Part shown: piece by piece, positions 45,411-55,098 of the stretch
Position numbering within the stretch: the stretch's first letter is position 1
Layout of the letters: every line of letters begins with the position of its first letter
Origin: an uncultured Rhizobiaceae bacterium
GTDB lineage: Bacteria > Pseudomonadota > Alphaproteobacteria > Rhizobiales > Aestuariivirgaceae
Direction of reading: 5' to 3'
Assembly: GCA_964568825.1 (NCBI GenBank)
Contig: CAZMSA010000001.1
Coordinates: forward strand, 1,945-65,944
DNA: 64,000 bases
Notes under the pieces: generated by a model
Told to the model about the DNA's origin: nothing
The model's database searches: none
What the model saw: only the letters and a program-made list of their open reading frames with translations
Translations under genes and position numbers: made by a program

Positions 45411-47135
45411 CTATTCCGGCAACCCGGCCCGGCGCAGACCCTCCAGCAAGCGTTCCTGGTCGGCTGCATGACGCACCGGGACGATCCTGGCAACCTGTGA
45501 AATGGTGAGGCCGGGCATGCGCTCCACAAGCTGCTTCAGGGCCGCCGCCGCCTCGTCCTGGCGCCCCAGCATGGCCAGCGCGGCGGCAAGCTGGCGCAGC
45601 GAGGAGGCATAGCCTGGATGTTCGCGCAGGGCTTCATTGCAGATGTCGACGCACTCCTCATAGCGCCCAGCGACGTAAGCGGCGATCCCGCGCCCGCCAT
45701 ACCAGAATACCTTGGAACTGTCGCGCGGACTGAGGGCCATGGCGCGCTCGGCAGCCTGGCGCGATGCCTCGTAATCGCCCGATACCCCATGCAGGACAAT
45801 CAGCGCGCCATGGGCACGCGCATGGTTGGGGTTCTGCTGCACCGCCCGCTCCAGGTACTGGTAGGCATCGTCATAACGCCGTGAAAACAGGGCCGTCATG
45901 CCGAGCGCGACGAGCCCGCCGGCATCGTTGCCATCGAGGCCCACCGCCTGCCGGGCGGCCGTGTCGGCTGCCACGATGGCGGCGACCGGGTCATCGCTCC
46001 ACACGTGCAGCAAGGCATGGATGTGACTGAGGGCAAGCGTCGAATAGGCCTCCGCCAGCCCCGGAGCAGCTGCGATCGCCTCGTTCAGCAGGCCTTGCGC
46101 CGTCTCGTTGTCCTGTTTGGTCAGCTTGTAGGTGTGCCAGCGCGCCCTCAACACCTTTTCCCAGGCGTTGAGGTCTGCCACCTGCTTGAACTGCGCCCGC
46201 TTGAACTCGGCCCCCAGTGTTTCCGGCGCCACCGCGGTGACGATGGCCTGGGTAATTTCGTCCTGCACGGCAAAAATATCATCGAGATCACGGTCGAAGC
46301 GCTGCGCCCACAGATGCGCGCCGGTCTCGCCGTCGATGAACTGTGCCGTCACCCTCACCCGGTTGCCGGCCTTCCTGACGCTGCCTTCCAGGAGGTAGCG
46401 CACGCCCAGTTCGCGACACACCTGGTCGACCTTCACCGCCTGGCCCTTGTAGGTGAAGGTGGTGTTGCGGGCGATGACGAAGAATTCGCGGAAATGCGAC
46501 AGGGCGGTGATGATATCTTCCGCGATGCCGTCGGAGAAATACTCCTGCTCGGGATCGCCCGACATGTTGTTGAAGGGCAGGACCGCGATGGAGGGCTTTT
46601 CACTCACCGGTTTCACCTCGGCATGGGGGGCTTCATGGCGGCTCGGCGACCAGTGGAACACCCGGATGGGCCGCGCGATGTTTTTCACCTGATGCTCGCC
46701 CGCGTCGGAAAAATCAACCTCCACCCGGTTGCCGAGCCCTTCGTGCACCATGCCTGAAACGGCAATGCCCCCCGCCTCGGCCAGCGCCTCCAGTCGTGAA
46801 GCCACATTGACGCCGTCGCCGTAGATATCATCGCCGTCGATGATGACATCGCCCAGGTTGATGCCGATGCGCAGCCTGATTTTCCCCTCGCCTGCCACCA
46901 ATGCCGTCTGAATGGCAAGCGCGCACTCCACCGCATCGACGACGGAGGGAAATTCCACCAGCACCCCGTCGCCCATCAACTTGACGATGCGCCCGCCGTG
47001 TCTTTCGGTTTCCGGATCGAACAGCCCGGCGCGATGCGCCTTCAACGTGGCAAGCGTGCCCGCCTCATCCTCGGCCATGAGCTTCGAATAGCCCACCACG
47101 TCGGCGGCCAGTATGGCGGCAAGTCGGCGTGCCAT
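45411..47135 (-). CDS. class III adenylate/guanylate cyclase with a C-terminal TPR region
   Basis: Cyclase motifs are LAAILAADVVGYSKLM, KLMGDGVLVEF and YGDGVNVASRLE. The C-terminal half is TPR-like. Confidence 0.85.
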   Translation of the reverse strand: MARRLAAILAADVVGYSKLMAEDEAGTLATLKAHRAGLFDPETERHGGRIVKLMGDGVLVEFPSVVDAVECALAIQTALVAGEGKIRLRIGINLGDVIIDGDDIYGDGVNVASRLEALAEAGGIAVSGMVHEGLGNRVEVDFSDAGEHQVKNIARPIRVFHWSPSRHEAPHAEVKPVSEKPSIAVLPFNNMSGDPEQEYFSDGIAEDIITALSHFREFFVIARNTTFTYKGQAVKVDQVCRELGVRYLLEGSVRKAGNRVRVTAQFIDGETGAHLWAQRFDRDLDDIFAVQDEITQAIVTAVAPETLGAEFKRAQFKQVADLNAWEKVLRARWHTYKLTKQDNETAQGLLNEAIAAAPGLAEAYSTLALSHIHALLHVWSDDPVAAIVAADTAARQAVGLDGNDAGGLVALGMTALFSRRYDDAYQYLERAVQQNPNHARAHGALIVLHGVSGDYEASRQAAERAMALSPRDSSKVFWYGGRGIAAYVAGRYEECVDICNEALREHPGYASSLRQLAAALAMLGRQDEAAAALKQLVERMPGLTISQVARIVPVRHAADQERLLEGLRRAGLPE

Positions 47136-47213
47136 CGGTCTTCCCCTTGCGCCCGCGACCTTAGCCGCTGCCCGCAGGTAATTCCAACGTCAAATGGAGC
47201 ATTTCCGGTGCGC

Positions 47214-47954
47214 TCAGCCGATGTTGCCCAGCGCCGGGAACGTTTCCAAAAGCCAGTAGGACATCGACTGCAAGCCCCCGGTGAGGAACAGCACGCCGGT
47301 GACCACCAGCAATCCCCCCATCACCTTTTCCACCGTGCCCAGATGGCGCTGGAAGCGCTTCATGAAGGCGAGGAACTGGCGGATGCCCAGCGCCGCCAGC
47401 AGGAACGGCACCCCCAGACCGGCCGAATAGACCGCCAACAGTCCTGCACCCTGGGCGACGGTGTCCCTGGAGGCGGCGATGCCGAGGATGGGGGCCAGCA
47501 CCGGGCCGATGCACGGCGTCCACCCGAAGGCAAAGGCCAGCCCGATGGCGAAGGCGCCGATGAGGCCCGCCGGCTTGGAATCATGGTGATAGCGCGCCTC
47601 GCGGGATAAAAAGGCCAGCTTGAACACCCCGAGGAAGTGCAGCCCCATGATGATGATCGCCACACCGGCGATCTCGGCCAGAAGATAGAGATGGTCGCGC
47701 AGCAACTGGCCCGCCGCCGAAGCCGTCGCCCCCAGCGCCACGAACACCGTCGCAAAGCCGAGCACGAAGGCAACGGCCGGCGGCATGACGGCGCCGAGTG
47801 GCACCCGAGCCTCGCCCTCCTCGCCGGTCATCTGCTCCAGCGATGCCCCGGTGAGGAAGCACAGATAGGGCGGCACCAGCGGCAGCACGCAGGGCGATAC
47901 GAAACTCAACAGGCCGGCAAGGAACGCCGCCCAGACCGTGACTTCGGCATTCAT
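47214..47954 (-). CDS. ccdA: cytochrome c biogenesis thiol-disulfide transporter CcdA (DsbD transmembrane-domain family)
   Basis: It has six TM helices and the conserved Cys/Pro motifs SFVSPCVLPLVP and GWTPCIGPVL. Confidence 0.85.
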   Translation of the reverse strand: MNAEVTVWAAFLAGLLSFVSPCVLPLVPPYLCFLTGASLEQMTGEEGEARVPLGAVMPPAVAFVLGFATVFVALGATASAAGQLLRDHLYLLAEIAGVAIIIMGLHFLGVFKLAFLSREARYHHDSKPAGLIGAFAIGLAFAFGWTPCIGPVLAPILGIAASRDTVAQGAGLLAVYSAGLGVPFLLAALGIRQFLAFMKRFQRHLGTVEKVMGGLLVVTGVLFLTGGLQSMSYWLLETFPALGNIG

Positions 47955-47982
47955 CGAAATTCACTCAGCTCCATTAATCTGG

Positions 47983-48008
47983 TCCAGCAATCGGCTCCAG
48001 CAATCGGG
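47983..48008. repeat. tandem 13-mer TCCAGCAATCGG(C/G) x2 in the ccdA / DUF1007 divergent region
   Basis: Read directly: 47983-47995 and 47996-48008. Confidence 0.7.
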
Positions 48009-48178
48009 CGGCGCCAACTTGGCCGCTCAGGGCAAAAAGCGCAATGCACAACGCCGTCGCGCCCCCTCAACTCCGCGTCATTGCGCCTCTTGTCCGCTGC
48101 CTTCACTTTTTCGCTGCAATCAGCGAGCATCAAGAACGCTGGAGAATCAACGATACGCTTGGATCGTCGGGGCACGCC

Positions 48179-48853
48179 TTGCCAAAGCTCATATGCCTGA
48201 TTGCCGGCATGGTTTGGTGGGCCGCTAGCGCTTTGCCGGCCGCCGCCCATCCCCACGCCTGGATCACCACCACCGCCGCGGTGGTCTTCAACGCTCAAGG
48301 CGAGATCACCGCCCTCAACATTGCCTGGATATTCGACAAGGACTATTCCCATTATGCCATCGACGGCCTCGATACCGACGGCGACGGCAAGTTCTCGCCC
48401 GGCGAGTTGATGGTGCTGTCCGATGAAAACGTCAAGGCGCTCAGGGAATACGACTATTTCGTCTATGCCCGGGTCGGCAAGGCAAAGCTGCCATGGGGCA
48501 TGGTCGACGATTACGGCATGGGCCACAGCGTCGATGAGCGCCTCGACCTGCAGATGGTCCTGCCGTTCGTCAAGCCCATCGATCCACGCCATGCCGATTT
48601 CAACTTCCGCATCTACGACCCCACCTTCTACATCGACATCGAATTTGCCGACAAGGATCCGGTTACCGTCATCGGCACCCCGCCGCACGGCTGCAAGGTC
48701 GTATTGTTACCCTCGCCATCCGACCAGCGGACCAAACAGACCCGCAACATGCTGGCCGCCAAGCCCAGGGACTGGCAGCCGGACCCGGGCGAGGACTTCG
48801 GCTCCATGTTCGCCCAGGTCGTGAGGGTCGAATGTTCGAAGGCCAATTCATGA
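48179..48853 (+). CDS. DUF1007-family periplasmic metal-transport accessory protein
   Basis: The mature N-terminus AHPHAWITTTA is typical of the family that partners NicO transporters. The start is uncertain: TTG 48179 gives a sensible signal peptide, ATG 48209 is an alternative, and the ORF is open from 48044. Confidence 0.65.
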   Translation: MPKLICLIAGMVWWAASALPAAAHPHAWITTTAAVVFNAQGEITALNIAWIFDKDYSHYAIDGLDTDGDGKFSPGELMVLSDENVKALREYDYFVYARVGKAKLPWGMVDDYGMGHSVDERLDLQMVLPFVKPIDPRHADFNFRIYDPTFYIDIEFADKDPVTVIGTPPHGCKVVLLPSPSDQRTKQTRNMLAAKPRDWQPDPGEDFGSMFAQVVRVECSKANS

Positions 48854-49929
48854 ACCGCATCTTTCTGTGCCTTTGTCTGTTGATCGCGGCGCTCGCCGCA
48901 CCGCTCGCCGTCCGGTCCACCCCGGCGTCCGCCGCCACGCAGGTGGAGCGCATAGATCCCTCGCGGCTTATCGTCAGACCGCGCTCGGCCACGGGTGAGG
49001 ACATCGCCCCTTCCATCTTCTCCGATCCGCTCGGCTGGGTCAGGGTGCAGCAGCGCATCTTCTACGATCTGATGGCCAAGTACATGACCGCCCTGCGCGC
49101 CCATCATGCCACGGCGGCGTGGATGCTGATATTCATGAGCTTTGTCTACGGCATCTTGCATGCCGCCGGCCCCGGCCACGGCAAGGCGGTGGTCTCGGCC
49201 TGGCTGATGGCCAACGAACGGCAGTTGCGCCGCGGCGTCATCATCGCCTGCCTCGGCGCCCTGGTGCAGGCCACAACCGCCATCGTCATCGTCACCGCCG
49301 TCTTGATGCTGGTCGAGCGTGCCGGCTCCACCGCCCGCGCCATCGCCGGCTCGCTGCAATCGGCCAGTTTCGCCCTCATCGCCCTGATGGGCCTCTATCT
49401 CCTGTGGTCGACGCTGGCGCCGCATCGTTTGGCCGCCGCCGCAACGGGCAGCAGCCGCGCACCAGATCACCGCCACCACGGCCATCATGACCATCACGAT
49501 CACGACCACGACCACGCCCACCAAGACCATGTCCACGACGACAATTGCGCTTGTGGCCATGCCCACATGCCCGATGCCCGTGCGCTCAGTGGCGACTTCT
49601 CGGTCCGCCAGGCCGTCACCATCGCGCTGGCGGTGGGCATCAGGCCGTGCTCGGGCGCCCTGCTGGTGCTGCTGCTGGCCAGCGCCGTAGGGCTCTACTG
49701 GGCTGGCATTGCCGCCACCTTCGCCATGGCCATCGGCACCGCCATCACCGTTTCCTCCATCGCCGTTCTGGCGGTCACCTCGCGCCGGCTGGCGCTGCGG
49801 CTGGCCGGCCGCGACGCCGTGTGGCTCGCCCGCACCGCCACCGGGTTAAAGCTTGCCGCCGGCATCTTCATCACCCTTTTGGGCGCCCTGTTCTTCTGGG
49901 CCTCGCTCGGTCTCGGCGCCATCACGTGA
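48850..49929 (+). CDS. NicO/RcnA-family nickel/cobalt transporter with a His-rich loop
   Basis: An ATGA overlap links it to the upstream gene. It has the signature HAAGPGHGKAVVSAW and the loop HRHHGHHDHHDHDHDHAHQDHVHDDNCACGHAH. Confidence 0.8.
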   Translation: MNRIFLCLCLLIAALAAPLAVRSTPASAATQVERIDPSRLIVRPRSATGEDIAPSIFSDPLGWVRVQQRIFYDLMAKYMTALRAHHATAAWMLIFMSFVYGILHAAGPGHGKAVVSAWLMANERQLRRGVIIACLGALVQATTAIVIVTAVLMLVERAGSTARAIAGSLQSASFALIALMGLYLLWSTLAPHRLAAAATGSSRAPDHRHHGHHDHHDHDHDHAHQDHVHDDNCACGHAHMPDARALSGDFSVRQAVTIALAVGIRPCSGALLVLLLASAVGLYWAGIAATFAMAIGTAITVSSIAVLAVTSRRLALRLAGRDAVWLARTATGLKLAAGIFITLLGALFFWASLGLGAIT

Positions 49930-49936
49930 GGCAGAA

Positions 49937-51376
49937 ATGACCGTCCCGCCCGACCTCGTCATCCGCAACGCCCGCATCTACGACGGATCGGGTGGCGAGC
50001 CCGAAACCGCCGACCTTGCCGTCAAGGGCGAGCGCATCACCGCCATCGGTGCCATCACACCCAACCATGGCGGCGAGGAAATCGATGCATCGGGTCTGGC
50101 GCTCGCCCCCGGCTTCATCGACACCCACACCCACGACGACCTCGCCGTCATCGAGACCGACATGGCGCCCAAGATCAGCCAGGGCGTCACCACGGTGATC
50201 GTCGGCAATTGCGGCGTGTCGCTGAGCCCCCTGACGCCGCACCGCGACCCGCCGCCGCCCTTCACCCTGTTCGGCGGCGCGGAAACCTTCCGCTATCCCG
50301 CCTTTGCCGATTACATCGCCGCCGTCGAGCGTGCCGGCAGCGCCGTCAACGCCGCCTGCCTCGTCGGCCATACCACCTTGCGCATCGCCGCCATGGACGA
50401 CCTCGAACGTCCGGCCACTCAAGACGAGATCGAGGCCATGAAGAAAAGCCTCGCGCAAGCCCTCGATGACGGTGCCATCGGCTTATCGAGCGGCCTCGAA
50501 TATCCGCCCGCCGAACATTCGCTGCCTTCCGAAGTGGAGCAGCTCGCCGCCATCGCCGGCCGCCGCGGCGGCATCTACGCCACCCACATGCGCGATGAAT
50601 TCGACGGCGTCATCGAAGCCATGCAGGAGGCCTTCGAGACGGCACGCGAGGCCCGCGTGCGCCTCGTCATCTCCCACCACAAATGCACCGGCGTCCATAA
50701 TTTCGGGCGCTCGAAGGAAACCCTTGCGCTCTTCGATCGGGCCGTGAAGATGACCGACGCCGGCCTCGATGCCTACCCCTACGATGCCTGCTCGACCATG
50801 CTCAGACCCGAGTGGGTGGCGAACGCCCGCCGCACCCTCATCTCCATGTCGCGACCGCATCCCGAAATGACCGGCCGCGACCTCGACGAGGTGACGCGCC
50901 AATGGGGGGTGAGCCGCGAAGACGCCATCGCCCGCCTGCAGCCGGCCGGGGCGGTCTATTTCGACATGGATGAACAAGACGTGCGCCGCATCCCCAAATA
51001 CCCCCTGACGATGATCGGCTCCGACGGCTTGCAGGGCCAGAGCCATCCGCATCCGCGCCTGTGGGGCACCTTCGCCCGCATCCTCGGTCACTACGCGCGC
51101 GATGTCGGCCTGTTCCCGCTGCACGAGGCCATCCGTCGCATGACCGGCCTGCCGGCTGAACGCTTCCGCCTGAAAGATCGCGGCCGCCTGGCGCTTGGCC
51201 ATTTCGCCGACCTGGTGCTGTTCGACCCGGCAACCATCAAGGACACCGCCACCTTCGAGGCCCCGCAACAGCCCGCCGCCGGCATCCACACCGTCTGGGT
51301 CAACGGCCAGAAGGTCTGGCACGAGCAGCGCGCCGCCGCCGCCCGCCCCGGCCACATGCTGAAACGCGCCGCCTGA
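49937..51376 (+). CDS. N-acyl-D-amino-acid deacylase (D-aminoacylase) family amidohydrolase
   Basis: LVIRNARIYDGSGG, the metal motif GFIDTHTHDD and the C-terminal ADLVLFDP are present. Confidence 0.8.
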   Translation: MTVPPDLVIRNARIYDGSGGEPETADLAVKGERITAIGAITPNHGGEEIDASGLALAPGFIDTHTHDDLAVIETDMAPKISQGVTTVIVGNCGVSLSPLTPHRDPPPPFTLFGGAETFRYPAFADYIAAVERAGSAVNAACLVGHTTLRIAAMDDLERPATQDEIEAMKKSLAQALDDGAIGLSSGLEYPPAEHSLPSEVEQLAAIAGRRGGIYATHMRDEFDGVIEAMQEAFETAREARVRLVISHHKCTGVHNFGRSKETLALFDRAVKMTDAGLDAYPYDACSTMLRPEWVANARRTLISMSRPHPEMTGRDLDEVTRQWGVSREDAIARLQPAGAVYFDMDEQDVRRIPKYPLTMIGSDGLQGQSHPHPRLWGTFARILGHYARDVGLFPLHEAIRRMTGLPAERFRLKDRGRLALGHFADLVLFDPATIKDTATFEAPQQPAAGIHTVWVNGQKVWHEQRAAAARPGHMLKRAA

Positions 51377-51381
51377 AGGAC

Positions 51382-51855
51382 CTATCGGCCGGCGACTGCC
51401 TTTCGCAGCCGTTCAAGGCTTTCCGCCGGCCACAAGGTCTTGCGGTCGTAAATGATATCGAACGCCGGTACCCCTTTCGGCAATTCGACCCATGGCAGCT
51501 TGGTGCGGGTAAAGATGTGGACATCGGGCGCCACGCCAGAAGGATCATCGAGCGTTCCCAGGCGCACGAAGCGTAAAAAGGCGCGATGGCCATAATCGCT
51601 CCACACCGCCGTCTGGCAGTGCGGACAGCGATGGATGTCATGCGGGTTGCCGCTCTCGGTGGGCAGCGGCACTGCCACCGGGGTACCTTTCAGCACCTCG
51701 ATGCACGCCGTCTCGATCATGCCGTTGAGCACGAAGGCGCTGCCGCTCTCGCGCTGGCAGTGGAGACAATGGCAGCAATGCACGAACATCGGCTTGGCCG
51801 TCAGCCGATACCGCACCGCCCCACACGAACACCCGCCTTCGAATTCTTCCGCCAT
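51382..51855 (-). CDS. GFA/CENP-V family zinc protein
   Basis: GGCSCGAVRY, CHCLHCQRESGS and IHRCPHCQT are present. The start is at MAEEFEGG. Confidence 0.8.
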   Translation of the reverse strand: MAEEFEGGCSCGAVRYRLTAKPMFVHCCHCLHCQRESGSAFVLNGMIETACIEVLKGTPVAVPLPTESGNPHDIHRCPHCQTAVWSDYGHRAFLRFVRLGTLDDPSGVAPDVHIFTRTKLPWVELPKGVPAFDIIYDRKTLWPAESLERLRKAVAGR

Positions 51856-52171
51856 TCGACCACTCCTTCCATCATCCGGTTGTCGATGCCAGCATGACCG
51901 GTCGTGGACCACAAGTCCCGGCCGCCACAGCGTGCGGTTATCCCCAGAAACGCCCGCCGCCACCCTGTCAAATACTTCTGGTTGCGGTGCGGGTCTTGCC
52001 ATCGAGCGGCCATTTGCGTCAGATTGGGACACGCAGGGAATCGATCGGGAATCAGTGTCGGCGCGCTCCTGCCGCGGCCGGCTCCAATTTTTATGACGTC
52101 CTTCAAGTCGGCGGAAACCAGGGGAGCCCATGACTCAAACATTGCCGACCTGCCGGACATCGGCCTAGCCA

Positions 52172-53386
52172 ATGCGGCTCGTCACACCGGTTGAGCGGGT
52201 TCTCATCGCTCTCGGACCCAGCCGCAACATCTTGTTGCTCACTCTCGATGCGCCGGTGACGGTAGCCGAGGCGATGGCGCAGGTCATGGCCTGGGTCGAT
52301 TTGTGGCCGCGTTTTGCCATGGTGTTTCGCGACTTCGGCCCCTGGAATCGGGCCGACGAGACCGAAATCGACCTGGCGCGCCATGTCATTGCCGTCGAGG
52401 CTGGCGATACGCCCGTCGAGGACCTGCTGGTCGATACCCTGACCGGTTCGACCGACGAAGACATTCCGCCATGGCGCGTGATCCTGATCAACGCCGCGGA
52501 CGGCGACGCCGAGGGCCCCTGCCGGGTGATCGTCCATTTCGACCATACCATCGCCGACGGCATCCGTTTTGTGAACATCCTGACCGCCTGCCGCAGCCAT
52601 GCCCGCGAGCCGGTGGAGTTCGCCGATGCGGCGGCGCGGGCCCGGCGGATCTCCTACGGCGAGTATGTGCGCCTGCAGCGCGATCAGCGCATCAACGTCC
52701 CCGACGTCGCCCTCATCGCCACCGACTTGCGCGACGACCTGACACCGGTCAACGGCAATCGCGCCGGCGCCACCCGGCGGCTCACCCAGGCCATCACCCG
52801 GGCCGTGGCGCGGGTGTCACCAGGGCGCCGCATCAACGGGCGCTGCGGCATGGTCTCCATGACCGGCAGGCGCCAGACAAGCGAGGCCAACGCCATCACC
52901 GCCGTGGAAGTCGATTCAGGCCCGGATGACCTGCCGGCCCGGCTGTCGCCCTTTGCTGCACTGGTCAGCCGTCTCACCCGTCGGCAATGGTTCATGGTGG
53001 CGGGGCAAACGGTGCTGTCGTTCTTTCCCTCATCGCTCGCCCGACGCCTTACCGCCGGCATGGCAACGCAATGGGACGGGCTCTTGACGCTAATCCCGTT
53101 CGGCCGCCGTCCGGTGTATTTCGCCGGCCGCGAGGCCTGCGATCTGTGGTGCATGACGGTGCCGGTGATGCCGGTGCCGGTGCTGTTGCTCACCGGCACC
53201 TACCGCAATCGCTTCCAGATGTCGGTGATTACCGCCTGGGAGTGGCACGGCAGGGCAAAGGCCTTCGCCGAGGCGCTGGAGGCCGAATTGCGCCGTCCCG
53301 CCGAAGAAGCCCGCGAAGTCCTCAGCCCTGCCGGCTTTGCCCCCCGGTCGCTGGACACGCCCAAGCCAAGCAGGGCCAACTCCTGA
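52172..53386 (+). CDS. hypothetical acyltransferase-like protein (possible WS/DGAT or condensation-type HxxxDG enzyme)
   Basis: VIVHFDHTIADGIRF resembles the HHxxxDG catalytic motif, and the length of about 400 aa fits. This is a weak, motif-only call. Confidence 0.35.
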   Translation: MRLVTPVERVLIALGPSRNILLLTLDAPVTVAEAMAQVMAWVDLWPRFAMVFRDFGPWNRADETEIDLARHVIAVEAGDTPVEDLLVDTLTGSTDEDIPPWRVILINAADGDAEGPCRVIVHFDHTIADGIRFVNILTACRSHAREPVEFADAAARARRISYGEYVRLQRDQRINVPDVALIATDLRDDLTPVNGNRAGATRRLTQAITRAVARVSPGRRINGRCGMVSMTGRRQTSEANAITAVEVDSGPDDLPARLSPFAALVSRLTRRQWFMVAGQTVLSFFPSSLARRLTAGMATQWDGLLTLIPFGRRPVYFAGREACDLWCMTVPVMPVPVLLLTGTYRNRFQMSVITAWEWHGRAKAFAEALEAELRRPAEEAREVLSPAGFAPRSLDTPKPSRANS

Positions 53387-53551
53387 GCGCCTGCCTGCGG
53401 CCCGGCTGGCGCTTGACACGAAGATTGGATTGCTCACCTCCAGCGTCTCGTGCGAAGGCTGCGGCGATCCGGCAAAGCCGTTGTGATCGCGTAGCGGTCC
53501 ATGGTGCTTATCCGGACTGTTGAGGCGCAGCGACAGCGAATGCAGTAAACC

Positions 53552-54407
53552 ATGCTCGAATTTCTGCGCCGCAATATCCGCTGGCTGGGCGCCGGCTTTC
53601 TGCTGACCTTTGCCTCGGCGTTCGGGCAGACATTTTTCATCTCGCTGTTTGCGGGCCACATCAAGGCCGAGTACGGGTTGAGCGACGGCGGCTGGGGCAG
53701 CCTCTACACCCTGGCCACATTGACGGCCGCGGCCCTGATGTTCTGGCGCGGGTCGTTGGCCGACAGTATCCGCTTGTCCCGCCTCGCGCCGGCAATTGTC
53801 CTCGTCTTTGCCATCGCCGCACTGGGCATGGCTTTCGGACATGCGATCTGGCTGCTTGGCCTGTCGCTGGTGCTGTTGCGATTTTGCGGACAAAGCATGA
53901 TGGGCCACATCGCGATAACCGCCATGGGCCGGTGGTTCGAGGCCCGTCGCGGACGCGCCGTTTCGATCGCCAACCTGGGCCACCCGGCGGGAGAAATGCT
54001 GCTGCCGATCCTGACCGTACTGGCCATCGGCACGATCGGCTGGCGACCGACCTGGGCTATCGTCGCCGTGCTCCTCGTTGTGGCGGTGATACCGGCCCTT
54101 TTGTCGCTGCTGGTCGAGAGCCGCTCGCCCCAGGGGATGCAGAGCCTCGCTGAGCGGCCCGGGCTCGACAACCGCCAATGGCGCCGGCGCGATGCGGTGC
54201 GGCACTGGCTGCTGCCGGCCCTGCTGCCGGTCCTGCTGACGCCGAGCTTCATCGGTACCGTGGTGTTCTTTCACCAGGTCCATCGATCATGGCATCGACT
54301 TTCCGACCCAGAGCCAGTTCATGGGCGGATGGTGCTTTTGCCTGTCGTTTGGCTGTGTGCTGATCGAACGGCGGCTGCGGCGCGAACTCGCCCGCCCTGC
54401 CGCATGA
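53552..54407 (+). pseudogene. MFS transporter remnant (N-terminal half plus out-of-frame C-terminal helix)
   Basis: It is MFS-like for about 245 aa (7 TM, up to GTVVFFHQVH), and the frame then degenerates into Arg/Pro-rich sequence. A different frame reads ...GGWCFCLSFGCVLIERRLRRELARPAA-stop (54405-54407), which looks like the last helix and tail. Confidence 0.55.
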
Positions 54408-54410
54408 TCG

Positions 54411-54773
54411 TCAGCGAGCGCTGCCGCTGGCGCAGCGAATGCACGTCGGCACTGTCGGGTCGATCGCCAGCCGTTTGGGCGAGATGTCCTCCCCGCAGGT
54501 CAGGCAGGTGCCGAAATCCCCATCGTCGAGTCGCCCGAGCGTCATCTTGATGCGCTCGATCTCCTGGCCGCGCATGCGTTCCGCCGCCTGGGCCATGGCC
54601 TGCATCTGCATGGCGTCCATGCGTGACAGCCGCCCGACCGAGGCCTGATCGAGCTCGACCGGCTTGCGGCTGTCCGCCGTGCCCTCGATCGACCGGCGCA
54701 GATCATCGAGACGCCGCTCCAGCGCCTGTCGCAAAGCCTTCAGTTCGGTTTCCGACAAGGCCATGCCCGCCAT
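54411..54773 (-). CDS. DksA/TraR-family C4 zinc-finger protein
   Basis: A coiled-coil N-part is followed by CLTCGEDISPKRLAIDPTVPTCIRC. The start is ATG 54773 or 54764. Confidence 0.8.
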   Translation of the reverse strand: MAGMALSETELKALRQALERRLDDLRRSIEGTADSRKPVELDQASVGRLSRMDAMQMQAMAQAAERMRGQEIERIKMTLGRLDDGDFGTCLTCGEDISPKRLAIDPTVPTCIRCASGSAR

Positions 54774-55098
54774 TTCTCCCTTGCCCCGCCCCTTTGCATA
54801 TTCGCAGACCGGAGAAACGTCCAGCCACCTGAATTTTCGATGAAGATATAAGTGGCGGTGGCGAAGGGCGAAGCGATAACTGCAACCGGCTTGATCCCTC
54901 GCCTGGGCAATGATTGCGCCAGTCCTCATGCGAGGCCGTCAAAACACATCCACCTGTGTCGGTTGCCGGCTCGTTGTGTTTGAACGCGAAGTGGCTTTCT
55001 TCTCAAGTTGCGCAGTTGCGGTTCGTCGCACCCGCTGCCAGCATCTCTCCTGACATGGTGGAACTGGCGCCGGGCATCTGCTGGTTTGCCGAGCCCGA

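Noticed and set aside
47955-48178. A cobalamin riboswitch upstream of the DUF1007/NicO transporter
   Set aside because: No B12-box-like GCCACTG core or the expected conserved stems were seen. Only a generic hairpin and a tandem 13-mer are present.
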